A stretch of DNA of 64,000 nucleotides from Vitrella brassicaformis CCMP3155 (taxonomy: Eukaryota > Protista > Chromerida), in contig CDMY01000929.1 of NCBI GenBank assembly GCA_001179505.1, positions 62,001 through 126,000 on the forward strand, given 5' to 3'. Position 1 is the first letter of the stretch, and the number at the start of each line of letters is the position of its first letter. This document shows positions 1 to 13,318 of this stretch, one piece after another. The notes beneath the pieces were generated by a model. The model ran no database searches, was not told the DNA's origin, and saw only the letters and a program-made list of their open reading frames with translations. The translations under genes and the position numbers were made by a program.

Positions 1-573
1 CCCTCCTCGCATTGGTCAACATGCGCCTCCACCCACTAAAGATGATAATCGTCGGCGTGTCGCTCTCGGCGCTGTCGCCGTTCCTCCTCGCCATGGGACA
101 CACCTACACCACTGCCATCGGGTCAGCCAGCCAGGGAGGGAGGGAGGGGCCGCTGTTGTCAATCTGTCCTGTATTTCCCCGTGTGTGTAGGTTTGTGACC
201 CTCCTGTCACTGGGCGAGGCGATTTGGTATCCGCGATTCTACGAGTACACCGTCGCCGTTGCCGCAAAGGTTAGACGGGGATGTGGTGGTGGCGGGAGCA
301 CAGACACATCACATGAGTGTCCCCGTCTGTCTGTGTGTGGTTTGCGGTGTGTGTTTGATTGATCAGGGTCGTGAGGGCACTTACATGGCGTTGGCGTCGA
401 CGCCCATGTTCATGGGCACACTAGTGACGGGCGCCATGTCGGGCTGGCTGCTCGACACATTCTGCCCAGAGACCGGTTCGCGTCACTCCGAGATGGTGTG
501 GTTCATCGTGGGCTGCGTGAGCATCACATTGCCGCTCGGCATGATGCTCCTCTACGGGATTATTAAAGACAAG
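1..573 (+). CDS. 3' exons of an MFS/POT-type (peptide) transporter, 5'-truncated by the window edge
   Basis: Exons <1-121, 191-269 and 367-573 join in phase at GT-AG sites. They give ...TAIGFVTLLSLGEAIWYPRFYEYTVAVAAKGREGTYMALASTPMFMGTLVTGAMSGWLLD..., matching the C-terminal half of MFS peptide permeases (GE-x-W-x-PR-x-YEY; G-x-EG-x-YMAL) with several hydrophobic helices. Confidence 0.75.
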
Positions 574-638
574 GTCACACTCACACACACGCTCGCACCT
601 TCTCGCACACCCAAGGCGCCGTGTGTGTGTGTCTGCAG

Positions 639-2466
639 GCCCACCGTGTGCGCTCTGCCTCGTCAGTGCAAATAACGCTGACGGCCGACGAGCGTGAGAA
701 GGAGCTCCAGCGTCTGGAGGGGGTGCTTAAGAGCTCCAACTCGGTCCCTCGCCTGTCTGCCTACGCCACTCTGCCGTCGACCGTCACGGCCACTGACCTG
801 AGCACCAGCATCACCATAGTGCCGGCGGTGATGCTGGCAATTGCGTGCGGTGGTGCTGCCGCCGTGGCGTGTGTGTTGGTGCCCCTGCCCCCGGCTGTTT
901 TGCTAGTGCTGATGGGTCTATGTGTGTGGCTGCCCAGCACCACCCACAGCACCCCCCGCACTCGCTCTCAGCACCACCACGACAGCACCGCCACAGTCAC
1001 CACCCCCACCCCCACCCCCAGGACCACCACCACCGCCACAGGGCCCATCAAGCCACCCCCCTCCCGCATCCCGCGGGCGCGCCGAGACAGAGGACCCCCT
1101 TCGTATCTCGCCCTCGCGCACCGCGCGATCAGGAGCTGCACTGCCCCCCTCACACGCCTTCCCTACCGCCGCCTAGAGTTCGCGGTAGGCGAGCTGCAGC
1201 TCATCGCGGCCTTCAAGCAGCACAAGGAGCGGGTCGAGCGGGAGGCCGAGCGGGAGGCCGAGAAGGCCAGGCAGGAGGCCAAGAAGGCCAGCATGGCGGC
1301 GCTCGAGGAGTCGCTGCGCAGCATGCTGGTCTTCGAGCAGCAGCAGCAGCAGGACGAGATGGCGAGGAGGGCCAGTGAGGCGGCGTTCGAGGAGTCCATC
1401 CCCAGCATGGTCACGGTCGGCCAGCAGCAGGGGTTGCTCCCCACGTACGTATATAACATACACAAACCCAGACAGACAGACAGACAGAGGAGGCGCCATG
1501 CATTCGCTCATTTCGATGTGCCACATTCATTGTCAGGCCGCCCCCCAGCCATCCACACGAACGTGCTGCTCGCCGCCGTGAGACCCGCCGCAGGATCGAG
1601 ACCATCATCCCTCGTCACGAAGAAGAGAAGGCGCTCGAGGAAAGGCGGCTCGAGGATATCCGCCGGCGGGAGGAGGAGAGGTTGAAGCGCGAGGCAGCCC
1701 TCAGCGAGCGCGAGTCGGCCATTCGCGAGCGCCTGCGCGTCGTGGAGGCCCGCCTTTGGTGGGTCGTCCCCCGCGAGCAGTGGCACAGACAGGTACACAA
1801 ACACAATCCACACAGCACAGATGGCCACTCAGGCACACACACACACACACACGCAATCAATGTCTGTTGTGTTGTGTTGTGTTGTGTTGCACCTCGCAGA
1901 CTAATCTGCCGCCCGTGGCGCCCGTCTCAGACACGACGGAGGACTATGACCACCACCGCCTCCGCAACCTGCCCAGGGAGGTGCCCATCGCGTCGCCAAT
2001 CTACTACGCGCGCCATCGTACCACCGACACCCGCGCCCCGCAGCACCAGCAGCCCGAGGCCGCGCAGGAGACCGACGGTGACCTCCTGACCATCCCGGAC
2101 GACCTCCTGCCCATCCATGACCCAGAGGAGGAGCAGCAGGATGATGAGGAGGAGCAGGAGTTGCTCACCGAGAACCGGGCGTCGTGCGGCATGCGAGTGC
2201 GCTACGACGACCACAACCGCCCGTCTGTCCGCAAAGCGGCGGAGGAAGCGGCGGAGAAAGCGGAGGCTGAAGCGGAGGCTGAAGCGGCCCGCCGCCGAGA
2301 GGCGACCAGCCGCCGAAGGGTGGTGCCCCCGAGCCGATGGGTCAAGGTGACCCCGCCAACCATCCGACGCACTCCCACCGGCACACCCATGTTTGTGCGC
2401 GGACGACAGGCAGCAGCGGCGGCGCGCCTGGCCACCCCCGGCCCTGGCTTCGCGCGGCGCCGCTAG
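639..2466 (+). CDS. Charged/coiled-coil low-complexity coding region of unknown function; may be the tail of the transporter gene
   Basis: Exons 639-1444, 1594-1792 and 1900-2466 splice in phase (checked). They give E/R/K/A-rich helical segments (KERVEREAEREAEKARQEAKK; EEEKALEERRLEDIRRREEERLKRE) and end at TAG 2464-2466. Confidence 0.55.
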
Positions 2467-4307
2467 GGGTGTGGTGCTGTGGCTGAATGGCTGGCTAGCT
2501 GACGGATGGATGGACGCACAACGGTGATATTTGTGCTGCTTTCGCGACGATGGTCTGTGTCATATGTATGTGATGGGTGACGGGCCGTGGTTGCTGGAAG
2601 GGCTGTGGTTGCTGGCTTGAATGGGTCAAAGTGGATGGATGGCTGACATGTCTGTCGTGTGAGTGGAGGGAGGGATGGTGCAGAGAGAGCCTCGTCAGTT
2701 TTTTCAACAGCAGTGAAATGGACACTGTGCGTGCGTGTGAGTGATTTGTCGATCGGTGGCGTGGGTGTGGGTGTGGGGGGTGTGGGTGGTGTGCGGCCTG
2801 GCTGCTTGCGTATTAGTGGAGCGTACACACACGGCACATCCCAGCAGATATTTGTGAGTAGTCGACTGACATGATTTGTGCGATTTATGCGATTTTTGCG
2901 TCATGTAGTGTGCACAGCTTGTCTGGTACCCCGTGTGTGTGTTTATAATGCCTTGTGACTGCCGTAGGAGAGGAAAGGCTTTGGATTTTCTCCTCCCTGC
3001 CTGTCTCCTTCCTTCCTCCCTGGCTGTCTGTCCGTCCGTCTGTCTGTCTGTCTGTCTTGAGGTAGGTGTCTGTGCTGTCATGGTAATGAGCGATGTTTGT
3101 GCTGCTTAGATCGGCTGTGCTGCTTTCCTTTGTGTGGCCTACTTTAGTCCGTTTACACCCCAGCCTCACACACATACACACACATGCCATCCCATTCTAT
3201 GCCTACGGGATATTTTTGTGTCATCTTGGGTTGGTGATGTCTTCCGACCCCGCACTGCACGACAATGGCCACACCACAATGGCCAGAGAGAGAGGGACAA
3301 GGAGAGAGGGGGAGAGGGAGAGGCACTAACTAACACAGAGCCCACCACAAGGCAACACACCACAACAGAACATACCTAAGTGCATCTGTCTGTGAGTGAG
3401 CCTAATTTTTAACTTAATGAATGCATGGTGCAGGCAGCTGTCTGCCGTGCCGTGATGTGTACCTACGGCCAAGCCGTTGACTGTGTGTGGCTGTGTGTGT
3501 GTGTCTGTCTGTGTGCGGCGCCTTCCGAGAGAGAGAGGGTGCACGTGTTTATACAGATGTGAGAGCAGACGGCCCTTTTGGTGCCTGCATGGTCCATCCC
3601 TCCCCCCACCCACCCATCAGTGTGTTGCCCAACGGACGGGCCGTGTGGATGCATTCTAGTGCATTGATGTGGATGTGTATGAGTGCGTCGCCACGTGTGG
3701 TGGGTGCGTGTGAGCGAGGAGAGAGAGGGAGGTGTCGTCGTGATGCGCCACACGTCCATCTATCCACCTCTGCCTGCCCGCTGCCGTCCCCCATGTGTGT
3801 CACTTTTTACTCAGTTTTTACCGTCATTTATGCGTCCGTGTTGTGGGGCGGGGTTGTGTGTGTCTGAGGGTGGGGTGAGGTGAGTGGGAGGGCGTGTGCA
3901 TCCCATTCTTTTGTCTGTCTGTGTGTCGTCTGGCGTCTGTGTGTCGTCTGGCTGGCGTGGGTGTGTTGTGTGAGGGGCCTCGTGTACCATAATGCTTGCT
4001 GCGTGCGTCTGACCGCCGCAAAAAAAGACAAGAAAAGGAGGGGCCCATGACCGGCTGTCTGGCCGTGGTGCCCTTCGAAATTCTTTGTGTGATGGCTGCA
4101 TGCATGTGTGTCCCTTTCCCCCTTCATGTCCTGGCTGATGACGGCTCTGCCCCTCACACTCACACACACGTGTCCGCATCGCCGATGGGTTTCGTTTTCG
4201 CCTGGCTGTCCCTCTCAATTTCGTTCGTCGGGCCTGTCGGTGTGCGGCATTGCATCTTTAGTCATTTTTCCTGTCATTTCTGACGTCATCTAGTCAGTTT
4301 TTACTCG

Positions 4308-6672
4308 GTGGCTGGCTGCCCGACAGACAAGGGGAGGGACGAAGAGAGAGAGGGAAAGCAAAGCCAAAGGCCCCCTAAAGAAGGCCGGGAGAGGGAAAAG
4401 AGAGGCCCACAAGAAGGCAATACCAAAAAGGAAATGATAGGCACTTCTTCCCTCCCTCCACGCACGCACTCCACCGACCGGTACGCGGGAAGTGCTGTAC
4501 ATCGTACATGCACTTGGCGCACGGATGTCTTTCGTCGGTTGGCTGCTTCAGGTCAGGTTGAAGGCCGCTGTGTGTGGTGTGGTGTGTGTTTGCTGGCCCG
4601 CCCGCCATGTTTGTTTATCCAGGCACACACTCGGGAACACTCACAGATGCGCACACATGACAGACACATGTGGTCGACCTCTCTGAGCTCCTCGTCTGTC
4701 TGTCTGTCTGCCTGTTGTCCTTCTGCAGGCCGGCTGCAGTCAGCCGCCGCCCATTCACTCATCCATCCCTCTACGACTCCCCGCTTCTTGCCTGGGAGGA
4801 GCAAGGTATGAGGCCCACCCACACACACATACACACGGTGAAGGTCACCTCTCATCTCTTGTCGTGCTCCCATGGATGTCACGTGTGTGTGTCTGCAGGT
4901 GGTCGTCGGTCGTGCCAGGCCGCGAGAGTGCCGTCTCGGCTCTGCAGATGCCGGGGGCCGTATGCCCCGCCACACCGTCTCTCAGCAGCCCACACACGAA
5001 GGCCAGCTCTGCTACGAGCGACCACTCAGCAGCCGCCCTGCCTCCCCTCCCCACGCGCACCTTCCGGCCTCCGACCGGCGGCATCTGTGCAGACCTACCG
5101 CGCCGCGCCCTGCGTGAGGGTGGGCAGGAGGCCGAGGTGGTCGGCGCCGCCGCAGCAGCTGCATCGTTGGTGGCGATCCCTGAGAGCTATGAGCTGGGCA
5201 TGGCGTCCATCGCCAGAGCCATGGGGGAGGATACTGAACATATACAAACGTAAGTATCCACACCACATCCACACCCCCACCCCCACCACACACATACACA
5301 ACACATGCAAAGACTCACGCACCCGTGTCTGTGTGCGTTGTCCGTTGCTCTCTCACTCGCTCAGGATGGGCATCCATGAGCCTCCGACACGGCAGCAGAC
5401 AGGAGCAGATCAGCATCCAGGACGGCAAGGAGCTCCCTGGGGCACCTGCTGCGGCGGCCCCGTCATCGTACGGCACAGAGGAGCAGCCCCTGTCGGCTCA
5501 GGTGCAGGTGGAGCAGCCCCGACAAGAGCTGCCCAAACAGCTTCCCATCCCACAGCAAGAACTCGAAGACTTCGAGTGAGTCAGACGCACAGACACTCGC
5601 TCTCATCCAGTCCACCGTCCCATGAACCGTCCCTCTGCCCTTGGTGTCTCTCGTGTGTGTCAGGCCGGTCATGCTGCCCCCGGTGTCGCCGCGTGCGGTG
5701 CCCAGGGAGGCCGGCTTCATCCAACCACCACCCGCACCACAGCAACAGTTGCGGCAGCAGGAGGTTGCCGTACCCACTCCATCCCTCGTCCCAGCAGCTG
5801 CTGCTGCAGGCCAGGCACAGCCACCAGCCCCGACCACCGGCAACGGTGACGGCAAGGCGCTTCTCGAGGGCTGCTTTAAAGCCAGCTGCTCAGCGTCCCC
5901 CATGAGCTCCTGCCATCCGGCAGGGCCTCATGTCGTTCGGTCGTCGGCCATCCGGCAGCGCCACGTTGCACAGCGTCGTCGGGCGGCGCGATTGTGGACG
6001 CCGGTCTCGGTGGCCGGACGTCATCGGAGGCGAGCGCACCACTGCCGAGGGCTTCGTCTCACCCTGGTGAGGGATTGGGAATGGGCGAGCTCTGATACGC
6101 GACAGACAATGCACCTCACTCACTTCTGTCTGTATGTGTTCGACCTACAGGTGAGAGTTGGTCGCTTGACGGCGGCCTTCGCATGTGGGCCTTGGGCACT
6201 CGGCGAGGGACGGGCGAGGCCATCCGGCAGACCCGTTGGTCGAGTGAGCGGCGGGCGAGGCCATCCGGCAGACCCGTTGCTCACAGCAGCCCACACACGA
6301 AGGCCAGCGTCATCCAACTACCACCCGCACCCCAGCAACAGTCATCGGAGGAGGCGAGCGCCCCGCTGCCGAGGGCTTCGTCGCTCAGCGGAGGCGGCTA
6401 AGGACCGCCGGCCATGCTCTTCCCTTCACCGACCCCGCCAGCACCACAGGCAGCGCCTGCACCCGCATTCGCACCACCCGCACCACCAGCAGCCTATGCA
6501 GCGGGCATGCCTGGCTTCGCACCGGCCCCCACCAATACGCCCCAGTGACACGTCGTCCCGTGGCCCCGTCTGTGCCCTCTCCGGCCGACGAGGGCAGCGT
6601 GTGCGACGAGGAGCACCCCACCCACCACCCACCGCCACCACACGAGAGGAGGCCCCACGCACCCATATGTAG
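4308..6672 (+). CDS. Multi-exon hypothetical low-complexity (Pro/Gln/Ala/Ser-rich) protein
   Basis: GC-rich blocks alternate with microsatellite introns that have GT/AG ends (e.g. ctgcag at about 4898, gtaagt at 5250). There are internally repeated peptides (SSPHTKAS; IQ-x-PPAPQQQ). No known domain recognised, and exon frames are partly uncertain. Confidence 0.4.
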
Positions 6673-6763
6673 ACAGACGGGAGTGGATGGCTGTTTGTTT
6701 GTTTGTTTTCTTTTCTATGGTATGGATGTACGGTATTGCTCTTGAGTCATCAGCCCTACTCGG

Positions 6764-6848
6764 CCTATGCTTTTTGTCCCACCGTATGGTGCGTGACGAT
6801 ACTGTTTATCCTATGCTTTTTGTCCCACCGTATGGTGCGTGACGATAC
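6764..6848. repeat. 39-bp perfect direct repeat x2 (cctatgctttttgtcccaccgtatggtgcgtgacgatac), 7-bp spacer
   Basis: Copies read directly at 6764-6802 and 6810-6848. Confidence 0.95.
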
Positions 6849-9800
6849 CTTTTTTTTGTGCCTGGGTGCAATGTGTCGCTGTTCTCTCCCCGTCTGTCTA
6901 CTCATGTGCGTCGGTGGTGTTCTCGTTGACCGAAACAGTCGGGTGGTGTTGGTGGTGGAGGTGGTGGTGCTTGTCGGGGCGGGAGGTCGGTTGGGATGAG
7001 AAGGGGCGTGAGCGACATGTACAGAGTAGATAAACGTGGCCATAATGAGATACGTCGGTACAAACAATGGGTGCAGAAGACAGGCGCTTGATTCTTCGTG
7101 GTTTATGAGTAGTCGAGTGAGCGTGAGATTCGACAGCTGAGCGTGTGCTGCGGCTGGCTGGCTGGCTGGCTGGCTGCATCGGTCGGTGTGTGTGTGTGGA
7201 TGGATGGATGGATGACTGACGAATTCACTTTCATGTGGTGACAATCGTGAGCCGACCGACACTGACTGAGCGAAGGCAGACAGGCAGGTCAGCAGGGCTA
7301 TGTGGGTGGGCGGAGGGAGTGATAGAGAGTGCGGCGATTGTGGCGGGCGGGTGTGTACGATACCCATCCATCCATCGACGGCACACACACAACTGTGTGC
7401 CTTCTCTACTCTTCTCGGTGGTGCCTGCATCGATTGGTGGTGGGTGGTCAGCGGCCCGGTCTGCGTGTGTGAGTGATGTGGGCAGACCGGGCCGCATTGC
7501 TCTCATCGGAACGACACTTCTGTGGCCGATGGTTGTTGGATGGATCGGTGGATGGCGCACATACACACATAGATACAGCGAGAGAGAGGTGTGAGCGTGG
7601 GTGACCCATCCATGTTGACGTATTGACGGCGGATGGATGGATGGATGCGTGAGATGCGTGTAGAGGCGTGAGCGTAACGCCATGCCTGTGTGCATCCGTG
7701 TCGACTTGCTACCACTGACTGACTGCGTATTTATTGTATTTTTGGTCCACGGTTCATTCGACTCACTCACTCACTCACTCACTCACCTCACTGCTTTGGC
7801 GGTTTGAGGTGCGGCTCGAGCACACAAAGGTCGATCCGATGCATCCGCAGTGACTTGCTACACTGACTGACTGACTAACTCCACATTGTTGGTTTTGAGC
7901 AGCGACCCGCGAGACGCACACCCACCCACTCTGGGGGACACACACTCACACACGACCTGCCTGAATGAATGAATGCAGTGCGTTCATGTCCGGTGGATAC
8001 CTGACAGACAGACAGACAGACAGACAGCACTGACTGACTGACTTGTAGGCGTAAGTGAGTGAGTGAGACTGGCACTCGTACCTTTCATTCGGCAGCTAGG
8101 TAATAGCGCCAGTCATTCCATCGCTTTTGTTTGTCCTGCGCGTCCCGCAGCTGAATGACATTGATTGTGCCCTCGTCAGTCATGCCATGACGATCGCCTT
8201 TGTACTCGGTCGGCATCGCTTTTTTCCCCATCCCGGCCGTCGGCGGCACGGCAGCCCTTTGAGGATTGGCGTGATTGACAACTTGGCTCTCTGTAGGTAT
8301 GCATGTGTTCTTGGCCACCTCCCTCAAGTGTGTGTGTGTGCATTGAACGGAATGGCTGGATGGATGGATGGTGTACTGCAGTGCGTGGTTCGTCTGGTGT
8401 TGTGCTGTGCTGTGCTGTGCTGTGCTGTCCATGCAGGTCGATGGACTTCACACCGACCCCCTCCCACACAGACACACACGCATACAACAGCACCACTAAT
8501 GCGACAGCAAGGGTACCTCTCTCTCTCTTGGTCGCCTCTTGGAGTGCTTGTAGGGGGAAAGGGGTAGCCAGACAGAAACCTGTGTGTGGAGGGGGGGAGA
8601 TGGGGGCGTGTGTGCTGCCTGGCCGGACGACATTTGTGTGTCCTGTTTGGTGTGGCTGGCGTGTGTCGTGTGCGGGTTTATTTATGGTGTGGTGACTCTG
8701 CCCGGCTGTTCGGTTGTCTGTTGTTCTTGGTCGGTGCCCGTAGCTAATGATAAGTTCCTTGCTGACCTGACTGCCCCTCTTGCGGCCCTCTTGGAGTGTC
8801 CGCCTGAGGGAGTGGTGGGCGGCATGGACGGGGGAGGGGGTGGGAATGGCTGAGTGGACGAGTGGATGGACGAGTGGATGGCATGCGCTGTTTGTTGTTC
8901 TTATCGGTAGTTGGATGTCCGCCTGCCTGCACGGTCGGCCGGTCGAATATTTACTGCTCGTGTGTGTGTGTGTGTGTGGATGATGAAATGGATGGAATGG
9001 ACGACACACAGACGAGCGGCGTCAAGGAGAACCGAACCTTACACGTGACGCACTTATTGCACTGCACTCTCTCCACACTAAGTGCGCGAAGCACGTAGAG
9101 CACTTTCGCTAAGCGTATGGTGCGTGGATAAGAACGGTGGATCGACGGGTGCGTGAGGGCAGGGCGCTGGCTGTTTCCATGTGTGCGTGTTTGTTTTCAT
9201 GCGGAGTTACGCCGTACGTGTGCCTACCTGATTTGTGTCTCGTGTGGTCGGTGACTGGCAGGCGGGCAGGCAGGCAGATTTGCCGACACAGCAGCGCTTT
9301 GGACTGGCCTCAACCGACACCACACGAGGTGCCCGTAGGTGCTGGCTGCTGTACTCTTTGACCGCCAGCCCGGCCAAAGTGGGTGTGCGTGTTTACTATG
9401 TTGACAGCACTTGTGGATGGGCACTGACTGCAACCCCACCTCCTGGCTGTCAGAGACCCACGAACTCTGCTGGATGGAATCATTTGGCGGCTGCTCGCTC
9501 CTTTGTTGTTTTCGTTGCTTTCCATTTTCTCATTATTGGGCAGAGGGAAAGAAATGCCACACGAGCGAGGAGGACTTACCCGAGTGGCTGGTTTGTTCGT
9601 TTGTGCTGCTGTGTGAAAAGACTTCGTCGACGCGAGACTGACTTGGCTGAACGTGAGTGCTTCGCGTTTTCGATTATCAATGAGTTACTCACAACATGTC
9701 TGGACACTGAATGAACCACACAGAACACGCACCCCAAGTCTGTGTCGACACATCACTCTCCCCAACTCTCTCAGCCGCCCGCATCTCTTTCCCCCAACTC

Positions 9801-11260
9801 AGCCGCTCCTCTCAGTCAGCCGCTCCTCTCCCCCAACTCAGGTCCATGACTGAACCCTCCACACACAGACATACACACGCGCACCGCTGCCGAACCCAGC
9901 CACTCAGACACGGACTCTCATCTTCTTTCACTCCTGCTGCCGCTTCGACAGCCTGGACGCTGCCGCGGGGACCGTGACGGTCGGGTCCTCCTCTATGCGG
10001 CGGCAGTGGCGGTGTCGTCCATCGTATTGGCGCCTCGCGAGCTGCACACGGTGTCGTGCGTGACGTCCTTCAGCGTCGTCTTCATACTGAAGATTACCTC
10101 CTTCCTGCAGGAGTCCGCCGAGGCGCGTAGGCACCTCGAACTTGACCGCGAACGCCTCACAGCCTGCCTGCAGGTACACACAAACCCAGCCAAGGGCGCC
10201 GTCGCCCCGTAAGGTTTTTTCTTTCTTTTCCGTTTCTCCTTTTCCTTCGTTTCTATTCTCTTTGGCTACGACCGAAGTCGCCTCATTCATCACACATACG
10301 TGCAGACAGGCAGACAGACAGACCGACACAGCACGGAATGAATGAACGAGGGAATGGATGGATGGCGTGTGCGGACCTAGCAGCGTCTTGTGTACTGGCT
10401 TACTTGCTTGCATGTGCCGATGCATGGCTGGTGTGCTACAGTGTGGCGGAACGAGGGCCTGCATACACAGACAGGTCGGTCGATTGCCTCTCCGCCTCTC
10501 ACAACTTGTGACTGATGTGTCGCGCCTCCACGTTGCAGTCAGTCCGGGATGGCGTGAGGGGCACCCGCACGGTCACGCAAGACGAGATCTGCACAGATCA
10601 GCAAAGGAAAGGACGACAGAGGTAGGAAGAAATTCATCGATAGAGCCAGGGAGTCATGCGTATTGTGCTTACATCATGCGTGTCAGGATTGCCAGCTTGG
10701 CAAGACGAACCACTGCGAGCTTGTGAGCTAGGGTAGATTGCTGTGTAACGGAGAGAGAGAGGAGAAGACAAGAAAAGACAAGGAAAGCATTCTGAGGAGA
10801 CACGATCTTATCAGCCATCACCGAAGTGAGATCTGTGTTGACCACCCTTCATGATGCCATACATGGACAGAAATAACTTTCACTGATTGGCCAGTCCATC
10901 GGTCTTATTAAAGTAAAAGCACTCTTACTCTGGGACTTACCGCCCAGCAGATCCTCTATTGAGCTAACTACAGGAAAGGTCCTCACCGGCCTTTTCGCAC
11001 AATGCGCATTGTCCTTACATCTTGCATCCTGCCTCGTTGGTTTTTCAAGCTTGCATGCGCGCTCAAAGCTTCTGAGGCTCTGTCATCGGATTCGGCCCTT
11101 CCTCTCGCAATGCAGAAGACGCAACGACATCCTGCAGCGACAGTGGCTGATTTGATCCATTGAGGTACCGAGGAGGATGGAGGGTGTGGGCAATGGGGTG
11201 CGTGAGGGGAGGTGTGAGGGGTGACAGTGCTCATGTGAAATGTGTGTGTTTGTGGCAGGC

Positions 11261-12462
11261 ATGTCGGCTGCAAGGTCGAAAACGCAGAAGGCCACGGCGA
11301 GTTCTACAGGTGAGGCTGGCGCAGTACCACGACTCTCTGTCTCTCTTCATATGCTGTGTGTGTGGTGTTTTCACAGGCAGCAGGCAGGGGGGCGTGCTCT
11401 TCGCTATTGTACCCAAGTGCCTGAGCAGGACCGAGCTGTCGGCCTTCCGCCGCATCGACAAGGCCCACCACGCCACCCTCACACCCGACGTGCTTGTACC
11501 CCTTCTCACACGCCTATTGGTCCTCCTGTTGCCCACTCTCGGCCTTGGCTCCTTCCTGGTCTGTCTATTTCCCCAGCTGCCCCTCCCGAAGGCATTCAGC
11601 CACGGATGCTGTTTTGCAACCCTCATCGAGTCGCTGACCCGCCGTTTGTTCATGCTGGAGAATGGCGGCAACTGGGCCAGGTGGAGGCCCATTCTCGAGA
11701 TGCTGTACCACTTGCAACGCAGGAGGCCGCTGGTGCTGACTGATGAGCAGTTTGGTGTCTTCGACAGCCGGGAGGCGTTTGTCAATGAAGGAGAGGCGTC
11801 TCGACAATGGAGGATACTCAGCTCGGGGTTCACTGTCATCGATGTGTTGGGCCAGGAGAGACAGCTGATGGAAGGCAGCGCCATCCGCAAACCCCTACAC
11901 CGGCCTGATCAGCTTCTCCCCTCTCACCGGGCCCAGCCGTCCCTTCAGCCCTGACACATTCGATGGCGACAGCCCCCCAATGCGTCGGAACGACCACGTG
12001 ATCGACATCTACAGCACGTACACATCACTGGTGGCCTTCACCCTGTACCAATGGCTGACTCGGAGCTCGCCGGAGCGCAACCCCCTCGCTCACATCAGGC
12101 AGTGGTGGTCCAACTGCCGTGATTCCCGTGCATTCCAGCGTGTGCGAGAGCTGCTGACGGCCTCTCCCAGCTGCAGCGGGGGTGGACAGTGGGGAGCGGG
12201 CGGGGCGGTCTATGACAAGAAGAACGAATGGGCGACGTGGCACGACCGGCTGGTGGTTTTGGGGAGTGAGGCGGTGGGTGAGGGACAGATGGCGATGATC
12301 ACGCTGGAGGCGTGTCAGACAACATGGCCATGTATGTATGTTTGGGTGTGGGCGACGGAACCAGCGCCTTATGAGCGCACCCGCAGTGCTTTGATGGGTG
12401 TGTTGGGTGGGTATTTGGGGGGGATGGTGTGGCGGCTTGAGCGCGAGTCGCGAGATGACTAA
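11261..12462 (+). pseudogene. Member of a lineage-expanded hypothetical protein family with an apparent internal frameshift
   Basis: Exon 11261-11309 splices in phase to 11377. The frame (LSRTELSAFRRIDK...LENGGNWARWRPILEML) stops at 11952-11954. A +1 frame, open from 11869, carries coding-like sequence (FDGDSPP...YSTYTSLVAFTLYQW) to 12462. No intron-like sequence lies between the two frames. Confidence 0.55.
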
Positions 12463-13318
12463 CTAACTTCGTATTGTTCAACTCGGTATGCAAGTAGGTT
12501 TTGCTCTGTCTGCAGTCGGATGTCGACACATGGTGTCTGAGAGTCGCCTGTGAGAACAGAGACGCCTGCCTGCGTGTGGATGTATGTTTGTGTGTACTAA
12601 CTGCATGGATCGATGTGTGACCCTTTTGTCGCCTATCACTTGTTCTCCTTTGCGCGTCTTCCCTCCCTCTTTTGTGCATCTCGCGTTGGTATGCGACGGT
12701 AGAGCACCAGCGAGATGCACAGCAGAGAGACAGGGATGGCTGGACGGCAGATGCCCGTCCGTCTCTCGTTCTTGCAAACGATGTGTGCACCGCACCGTAC
12801 CGCGTGTGTTCTGTGTGTCTGTGTAATGCGTGTGGGTGGACACAGGTATGTGTGAAAGAGAAAGACGAGAGGATCTCTTGGTTCGTTCGTCGAGTGTTGG
12901 TGTGGTGGCTGTGAAGCGGGTGTGAGTGGTGAAATTCCTCTGATGTGTGGTGGCCATCGAGCTGCTGACACACACAACACACGAGAAGGAATGGACAGGC
13001 AAATTCATCGGTTTGCAGACTCGTCTATCATGGCAAAGTGAAAATGAACTGCGCGCATCAATTATTGGCAGCGGCATTAGGGCGGCCCCTTTGCAGTGGT
13101 CACGCGCCTTCCGATCGCGAGCTATCCGATGCGAGCTGAGTAATCCCAGCCGCAAAAGCATGACGATCGGAGGCCCCTTCGATGTGCGTAAGCATCGAAT
13201 GACGCAAGAGAGCGAGAAAGAAACCACACAATAGACAGATCTCTCATAAGACAAATGTTTGACCACTCCGCTTCGTCAGATGGTGTTTTGATGGTGGGGT
13301 GCTGATAATGTGACGACC

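Noticed and set aside
2470-4300. Many 60-135 aa ORFs rich in HTHT/CVCV/TDRQ
   Set aside because: These are translations of (CA/GT)n and (GACA)n microsatellites. The same applies to most short ORFs in the track.
6764-6848. 39-bp repeats with a spacer, superficially CRISPR-like
   Set aside because: Only two copies, a 7-bp spacer, a eukaryotic context and no cas genes; a local duplication in a likely 3' UTR.
7600-10200. Possible minus-strand exons (8085-8290, 9928-10170) and short repeats near 7704/7852 and 9760-9840
   Set aside because: Strand and frame are ambiguous, no domain is recognisable and I could not build a consistent gene model.
10600-11160. Microsatellite-poor, lower-GC stretch suggestive of a retroelement or RNA gene
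   Set aside because: No RT, integrase or LTR motifs, no open frame of note and no tRNA/snRNA structure recognised.
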